A stretch of 64,000 nucleotides of DNA from a virus: positions 6,568 through 70,567 of IMG/VR virus record IMGVR_UViG_3300008448_000056, one strand, 5' to 3'. Positions 59,216 to 64,000 of this stretch are shown piece by piece (the first letter of the stretch is position 1; each line of letters opens with the position of its first letter). The translations under genes and the position numbers were made by a program. The notes beneath the pieces are model-generated. The model was given only the letters and a program-made list of their open reading frames with translations. It ran no database searches and was not told where the DNA came from.

Positions 59216-59506
59216 TTAAAGAATAACCCGAATGCGTCTGCCTTGAGTTCCCTCCCATTCAACATTCAGTCCGTTGTTTTTTAGAATGCTCACAATCTCT
59301 TCCCCATTCCCAGCCCAAGCAAGATATACATCTCCGTCTTTGTCCATCCGTTGTTTGTCTTGTGCATGGTAAAATACTGCCCGTTCTGATTTGTCATCGG
59401 GGACTGATGCCCAACCGCACGATTGACAACATTTGTGATTTTGACGTGCGAAATAACCTACTTTGCGTAGTTCTTTGAATGCTTTAGTTAATTGTTCTTT
59501 TTTCAT
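59216..59506 (-). CDS. DUF6891-like protein
   Basis: AFKELRKVG.FARQN..CCQSCG...VFYHAQD...YLAW...GL.VEWEG. Confidence 0.6.
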   Translation of the reverse strand: MKKEQLTKAFKELRKVGYFARQNHKCCQSCGWASVPDDKSERAVFYHAQDKQRMDKDGDVYLAWAGNGEEIVSILKNNGLNVEWEGTQGRRIRVIL

Positions 59507-59545
59507 GGTGTGTTGTTTTTTATATTAACGAATAAGTGTGTCCGA

Positions 59546-59779
59546 TTATTGTGTTAGGGAAGTGTTAATGCTATTTTTTATTTTCCGTACGTACGCAATT
59601 GAGCATTCTGATACGTACGCAAGGAAGTTGACCGAGTGGTCGGTAGTGGAGATTAGTTTCTCCAATACTTCCCGCTTACTACACTCATCACCGCTCAGTA
59701 CTTTGTCAGCGATGAACTGCTCAATTGCTCTTGCTCTCAATGTAGGGAAAGGGTTGTTAAGTGTTGGGTTGTTGTTCAT
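59546..59779 (-). CDS. hypothetical early protein, possible HTH C-terminus
   Basis: Start MNNNP after the leader; SVNFLAYVSECSIAYVRKIK. Confidence 0.5.
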   Translation of the reverse strand: MNNNPTLNNPFPTLRARAIEQFIADKVLSGDECSKREVLEKLISTTDHSVNFLAYVSECSIAYVRKIKNSINTSLTQ

Positions 59780-59807
59780 GGTGGTTTGTTTTATGGTTTG
59801 GGAAATG

Positions 59808-60026
59808 TTAAGAGTGTGCATCGAATTCTTCGTACAATTCCTCTGCGGTCTTTTCATTGAACGTATCATCGTCAAAATAGTAGGCGATTTGTTTATCTAA
59901 TTCCTCTGCATCTCCTTCGAAATTAAGTTCAGCGAGAAGGTCTCCGAGTGTCTCGGTTGCGAATAAGTATCCGTTGTGGCTCTTTACTTGGTAGGTTTCG
60001 CCACGGAAATTGATTGTGTTGTTCAT
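59808..60026 (-). CDS. acidic hypothetical early protein
   Basis: Start MNNTINF after the AC-rich leader. Confidence 0.55.
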   Translation of the reverse strand: MNNTINFRGETYQVKSHNGYLFATETLGDLLAELNFEGDAEELDKQIAYYFDDDTFNEKTAEELYEEFDAHS

Positions 60027-60077
60027 TGTGTTTTGTTTTTTGGTGGGAAGTGTTGACACTCCCCACCGATTAGTTAA

Positions 60078-60248
60078 TTAGAAATCCGATACTTTGTACT
60101 GAACATCATACACATTAGTTGGCTCGTAATACTCATCGTAAGCCTGTTCTAACGCAATGGTGTTAGCATCTTCGATATTGGTTGCCTCTACTTCAATTTC
60201 TTTCATCGCATATTCGATGCGGATTACTTGTACTTTGTACTTTTTCAT
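60078..60248 (-). CDS. 56-aa DpnD/PcfM-like protein (not in ORF track)
   Basis: MKKYKVQV...EIEVEATNIEDA..IA. Confidence 0.6.
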   Translation of the reverse strand: MKKYKVQVIRIEYAMKEIEVEATNIEDANTIALEQAYDEYYEPTNVYDVQYKVSDF

Positions 60249-60285
60249 GGTGTTTTATTTTTTATATAACGGGAATTGTTCCCGA

Positions 60286-60489
60286 TTATTGTGTTAAGAT
60301 GGCTTCGTTTTTTAAATAAAATAACACCCTAACATAAAAATGTATTTGATTTATGTTGTCTATCGCTCCGTGTTCGCTTGATAAATCATTTATCGTTTCG
60401 CTTAATTTATTTTTGAGTTCGTTTATCCCTCCCAATTGCTGTATACCATAATTTGCATAATCGCGAATTTCTTTGTTAGATTTTTTCAT
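60286..60489 (-). CDS. hypothetical early protein
   Basis: AC-rich leader; upstream TTTG-N20-TAACTTAC promoter variant. Confidence 0.55.
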   Translation of the reverse strand: MKKSNKEIRDYANYGIQQLGGINELKNKLSETINDLSSEHGAIDNINQIHFYVRVLFYLKNEAILTQ

Positions 60490-60575
60490 GGTGTTTTGTT
60501 TTTGTGGTTATTAATGTAAGTTACTAAACAACAATATTGATACCAAATTTATTTTGTTAGGGAAGTGTTAAGGTA

Positions 60576-60612
60576 GAAAATGATGGGGGTCAGTACTTCC
60601 CGACCCCCATCG
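60576..60612 (-). terminator. intrinsic terminator after the DUF932 gene
   Basis: GATGGGGGTC-loop-GACCCCCATC-ATTTTCT. Confidence 0.7.
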
Positions 60613-60620
60613 GTCACACA

Positions 60621-61562
60621 CTATGCAAGAGATAAGATGCTATTGAACGCTTGGTTGTCAATTCCCAACCCAGTGCCAACATATTTGGACTCAAGGCGGG
60701 CGTTGTCACGCTTGGGTACGGGTAGCTTGTGGGAAGTGTAGTGTGTCACTCCGCTGAATAGACCCCACAACGTGTCACCCTTGCTACGCATCTCCGTAGC
60801 GATTGATTCCAAGAGTTCGCCCGAGCGGTTGATAGCATATGTGCTATATTGTTCCTTCGCTTGGGAATTGGTGAGGGTGATGTCCACGTCCGTTACTTCC
60901 CGAACAATACGAGCGATGTTTTCCTTGGTCACGGCAACCTCCGAGAGGCGGATAAATTGGTCGAAGATAGACCGCTCTTGGTCAGCAATTCCCACCACTT
61001 GGCGAATGGATGCCTCTACCTTATCGTGGAGCGACTGGGTGTGCTTTGCCGACTGCTGAAGTTCCCGACCCGCTGATGCGAACGTGTTCCGGCAACATAT
61101 GGTGAAGTTTACCGCTCCCCATTTAAGGGCAGTCGTGCCATCGTGTCCGTTGATGCCTGTCACGAACCCTTTCACGGAAGTGCCGTTTTTACCGATGCCT
61201 GTAATCTCGTTGCCTGTGTTCAATTGGAGGTAGACCTTCCCGCCCCCATTGAATGAACCGCCCGAATGGATGCTATAGCCTGTCTTCTCGGAGATGCGGA
61301 TGAGGAGTTCAGCCAGTTCGCTATTTTGAAAGGGAACATAGCCGTCCTTACAGGTAGCGAAGACCTTGCTATTGTCCTCCCGAACGATACCGAAGAAGCC
61401 TGTGCCGTTGCCATTGGGGAGGAGGAGTTCCTGTTTGCTCACTTCCCACCGCAACCCATAACGGTCAAGGAGGTCGGCTACCGCCTCACGATTTTCGGGG
61501 TTGGATACTTGCGTTCCGCTGAACGCGTTGCTGAGGATGTTGTCTGCGATTGTGTTGTTCAT
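60621..61562 (-). CDS. DUF932/TIGR03299 phage-plasmid family protein
   Basis: GLRWEV, YVPFQN.E, GSFNGG.KV, NGHDGT, ICCRNT, KHT, TLWGLFSGVT.Y.SH. Confidence 0.85.
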   Translation of the reverse strand: MNNTIADNILSNAFSGTQVSNPENREAVADLLDRYGLRWEVSKQELLLPNGNGTGFFGIVREDNSKVFATCKDGYVPFQNSELAELLIRISEKTGYSIHSGGSFNGGGKVYLQLNTGNEITGIGKNGTSVKGFVTGINGHDGTTALKWGAVNFTICCRNTFASAGRELQQSAKHTQSLHDKVEASIRQVVGIADQERSIFDQFIRLSEVAVTKENIARIVREVTDVDITLTNSQAKEQYSTYAINRSGELLESIATEMRSKGDTLWGLFSGVTHYTSHKLPVPKRDNARLESKYVGTGLGIDNQAFNSILSLA

Positions 61563-61714
61563 GGTGTGTGTTTTGTGTATTAACGAATAAGGGTGTTTTG
61601 TTATTGTGTTAGGGAAATGTTAAAGGGAAAATTTGTCCGCTATCAAGTTGACCGCTTTAAGGGCGATGAAGAGGACTACGATGAGCCACCAAGGGGAGAG
61701 GTCTTTTTGCTTTT

Positions 61715-61942
61715 TCATTGGTTTGTGTTTTTAGGGTATATATAACTTGAGTTATTGGTGATAAATCCTTCAAAGTGTGCTTCTACACGTTTGTTCCATC
61801 TTTTTTCCGCTATAGAATGAACTCCCGTATACGCTGAAATGAAGTAGAATCTATCGGTGTCCTTTCTCACTTGTATGCCAGAAAATGCAGTATAAACGTG
61901 CGTGGTATTTGCTATCAATTTAGCAATGTTCTCTTTTTTCAT
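61715..61942 (-). CDS. hypothetical early protein
   Basis: ATGA overlap. Confidence 0.55.
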   Translation of the reverse strand: MKKENIAKLIANTTHVYTAFSGIQVRKDTDRFYFISAYTGVHSIAEKRWNKRVEAHFEGFITNNSSYIYPKNTNQ

Positions 61943-62148
61943 TTTGTGGGGGTTTGTTGGTTTTCTAAATAGTCATCGAACTGCTCACCCAATCCGAGAA
62001 TGTTAATAGCCATAGCCAGTCCGTTGTATGTGTCTTGCAACCACCTATGGGTGGCTTTGGTGTTTTTCTTGCTCAATTGGGTGTCAAGGTGCTTCCCTTG
62101 GGCGAATAGGTCAAGGATTTGCTCTTGTGTTACGTTGTACTTTTTCAT
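61939..62148 (-). CDS. hypothetical early protein
   Basis: AAAACACACACACC leader. Confidence 0.6.
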   Translation of the reverse strand: MKKYNVTQEQILDLFAQGKHLDTQLSKKNTKATHRWLQDTYNGLAMAINILGLGEQFDDYLENQQTPTK

Positions 62149-62168
62149 GGTGTGTGTGTTTTAAGGTT

Positions 62169-62214
62169 TGGGAACTGGGAGCGGAATCGAACCGCTCCTT
62201 CAACCATTCAGTTC
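62169..62214 (-). ncRNA. tRNA-like minihelix 1 (T arm plus acceptor, ends C-CCA)
   Basis: GAACTG AATGGTTGAA GGAGCGG TTCGATT CCGCTCC CAGTT C CCA. Confidence 0.6.
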
Positions 62215-62236
62215 GGGGGGGGTATTCCCTCTTAAA

Positions 62237-62386
62237 TTAAAGAAAACGAGCATAGATACGGCGTAAGCCTAACTGACCGCCGAACTTAAAAAGAGCCAAA
62301 ATGAGAAGCCCAATGCCGAATGCAAAGCCAATACTTCCCAAGATTACAATTGCTTCAATTGGTAATGATGCGATGATTTTTTTCAT
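62237..62386 (-). CDS. 49-aa membrane peptide (not in ORF track)
   Basis: MKKIIASLPIEAIVILGSIGFAFGIGLLILALFK... Confidence 0.55.
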   Translation of the reverse strand: MKKIIASLPIEAIVILGSIGFAFGIGLLILALFKFGGQLGLRRIYARFL

Positions 62387-62463
62387 AACGTGTGTGTTTT
62401 ATTGGTTAACGATTGGTTGGTGTGTTTTATTGTGGGGGAAGTGCTGACACTTCCCCCGATTAA

Positions 62464-62643
62464 TCAATCAAGGTCGTTGATGCGTTCACTATCATCTACC
62501 GACTCCGTTATGTATTCGAAGTGATGCTTCTTACATAACTTCTCCAAGGCGGGGAGACAAACCGCATACGTTTCCTCGTCATCGAAAATAGCGACCAATT
62601 CTGCGTACTTGGGGCTGTCCATTTCGAAATAGACCTTTACCAT
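62464..62643 (-). CDS. hypothetical early protein
   Basis: Start MVKVYFE after the AC-rich leader. Confidence 0.6.
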   Translation of the reverse strand: MVKVYFEMDSPKYAELVAIFDDEETYAVCLPALEKLCKKHHFEYITESVDDSERINDLD

Positions 62644-62663
62644 AGTGTGTGTGTTTTGATGAG

Positions 62664-62709
62664 GAACTGATGGCGGGAACGACCCGCCTTCGCTCATTGC
62701 TATCAGTTC
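62664..62709 (-). ncRNA. tRNA-like minihelix 2
   Basis: G AACTGAT AGCAATGAGCGAA GGCGG GTCGTTC CCGCC ATCAGTT C: 7-bp plus 5-bp stems and a 7-nt loop. Confidence 0.55.
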
Positions 62710-62729
62710 TGGGAGGCACGACTAATTAA

Positions 62730-62921
62730 TTAATCTCTTGCGATGTAGTAAACAATTCCCTTCTCATCATCAATCTCCAATTCGTGGTCAATTACGTTGA
62801 TGATGTTTTGGGAATCTTCGTGAGATATGTTCATTCTCACCTGTTCCCGACCTACACTAAGATAGAGTGTGTAGGTAAATGTGTTTAAATCGTAGGACAC
62901 TTGGTCAATTGTTGCTTTCAT
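62730..62921 (-). CDS. hypothetical early protein
   Basis: Leader begins at the hammerhead cleavage site. Confidence 0.6.
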   Translation of the reverse strand: MKATIDQVSYDLNTFTYTLYLSVGREQVRMNISHEDSQNIINVIDHELEIDDEKGIVYYIARD

Positions 62922-62937
62922 AACGTGTGTGTTTTAT

Positions 62938-63012
62938 GGTTAAGACAATGAAGCGGGGGAAGTGTTCCCTCCGCTTCCGTGTTTCGGCTATTTTAAGCCT
63001 CATCAGTTAACC
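62938..63012 (-). ncRNA. hammerhead ribozyme
   Basis: GGUUAA CUGAUGA GGCU-UAAAAU-AGCC GAA ACA...GAAGCGG/CCGCUUC...UGU C|UUAACC: full consensus core, stems I-III, GUC site at 62944. Confidence 0.88.
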
Positions 63013-63249
63013 TCGGTACAACAATTGCAAATCTGCTAATGGGTTGCCGTTTTTGTCGCTCATTGTGTATATCCTTTTACCTTTGAATGGTAGAGGTGCT
63101 GGTTCGTTTCGGTCAGACCCTATGTAGTGAATTCCCGCAAAATTATACAACCAAAGGCTGTTTTTTTCTGAGGTCAATCTTATTTGCGAATTCGGTAAAA
63201 GGTGTTGGGCTTTGATTTTTGCAAGGTGCAAAATTTGCTCGGTAGTCAT
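63007..63249 (-). CDS. 80-aa first early protein, bracketed by two hammerhead sites
   Basis: AC-rich leader; its last codons GGT TAA form stem I of the ribozyme. Confidence 0.65.
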   Translation of the reverse strand: MTTEQILHLAKIKAQHLLPNSQIRLTSEKNSLWLYNFAGIHYIGSDRNEPAPLPFKGKRIYTMSDKNGNPLADLQLLYRG

Positions 63250-63313
63250 ATGTGTGTGTTTTATGGTTAAGACACGGATTCAAGTTTAACCCGAAGGTCA
63301 GAGGCTTGGTCAT

Positions 63314-63385
63314 TCAAAGAGCGGTGGGGTATCATCCCCTCATCAACAATACAAATATACACCCGATTAACTACTAAACAATAGA
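63314..63385 (-). promoter_or_regulatory. early promoter with boxB-like hairpin and boxA-like site
   Basis: TTG-N19-TATATTTG (63359-63352); GGGG-ATGATA-CCCC; CGCTCTTTGA (63323-63314). Confidence 0.6.
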
Positions 63386-63500
63386 AAAAGCCAACTATTT
63401 TGTTAAAGAAAAGTTAACAAAAACGGATAAAATTGACCAATTTTGTATGTGGTTGATAATCAATGATTTATAAGGTCAAAAAATGCCATTTCCTCAAATT

Positions 63501-63862
63501 TCGATTATCTCGGTGCGGGTAAGGGTGTAATACCAAAAAAAAGATACGCGAAATTTGGGGTGTTTCCGTGCGTTTAAAACGATTTTGATTTACAATGGAA
63601 TTTCTGTTAAAATATTCCTAAACAACTAAACAAGGAATATGACAAATATGTCACAATTGAGATTACCAAATATTTTTTGCGTATTTGCAAAACTTTAACA
63701 TTTGGGGTGTTTTTTAAGTAAAAATACTTAGCCGTTTATTTGCCCAAGGTTCGATTATCTACTAAACAATAAGGGTAAGATACCACAAAAAAGATACGCG
63801 AAATTTGGTGCGTTTACGTGCGTCTCATTCGATTTCGATTTGCCAAACATTTTCTGTTAAAA
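63501..63862. repeat. two imperfect 112-bp direct repeats
   Basis: 63501-63612 and 63751-63862 align without gaps (TCGATTATCT...AAGATACGCGAAATTTGG...TTTCTGTTAAAA). Confidence 0.9.
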
Positions 63863-64000
63863 CTTTCCCAACATTTCCCTTAACAGACCTTTAATACTTC
63901 CCCTCTTCCCATACCATAACAAACATACACCAAAGGGAGAAGCCGAGCCATTCCCCCCGACCCTTGGCATCCCGACCCCGACCTTGCCCCTCCACTTCCC

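Larger units (their letters stand above)
57855..62434 (-). promoter_or_regulatory. six copies of CACAAT-N16/17-CGTTA (ECF-like promoter)
   Basis: Copies at 57855-57881, 59177-59204, 59526-59553, 60267-60293, 61581-61608 and 62407-62434, each about 20 nt upstream of an ATG. Confidence 0.75.

Noticed and set aside
62169-62214. Canonical tRNA gene
   Set aside because: No D arm or anticodon arm; reported as a tRNA-like element instead
62944-63270. Endless rolling-circle translation of the 327-nt (109-codon) circle
   Set aside because: The ORF retains its UAA stop within stem I
57800-63300. CRISPR array from the recurring intergenic motifs
   Set aside because: Repeats are degenerate and separated by whole ORFs of variable length; no cas genes
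1-64000. Stop-codon reassignment as in some crAss-like phages
   Set aside because: Long genes (TerL, portal, 3177-aa protein) are intact in the standard code and no suppressor tRNA is visible

Overview
The window is most of a tailed dsDNA phage genome with a crAss-like/podovirus virion gene order. The host is inferred to be a Bacteroidetes: TAnnTTTG promoters, no Shine-Dalgarno sites, and Gln-ending signal peptides. Layout: (1) 1-5.3 kb, minus-strand replication genes (SSB-like, methyltransferase, primase-helicase, DUF4373-type initiator with internal repeats, NinG-like nuclease). (2) 5.5-56.5 kb, mostly plus-strand late genes: four glycosyltransferases, fibre proteins, terminase, portal, capsid, tail rings and muzzle, ejection proteins including a 3177-aa polyvalent protein, two homing endonucleases, and a lysis cassette. 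(3) 56.8-63.3 kb, a minus-strand array of small early genes, followed by a non-coding repeat region. The strongest candidate for a new system is in the early leader. One hammerhead ribozyme core (62938-63012, minus) has two matching GUC|UUAACC cleavage sites 327 nt apart that bracket an 80-codon ORF, so it could excise and self-circularise a protein-coding RNA. Nearby spacers hold armless tRNA-like minihelices, an rrn-like boxB-boxA and six ECF-like promoter cassettes. Other signals: a pseudoknot leader on the initiator gene, genome-wide GGGAA/TTCCC enrichment with apparent GATC loss, a fibre module carrying signal peptides, and two families of stand-alone/fused adaptor domains. All family calls come from motif recognition by eye; no searches were run.
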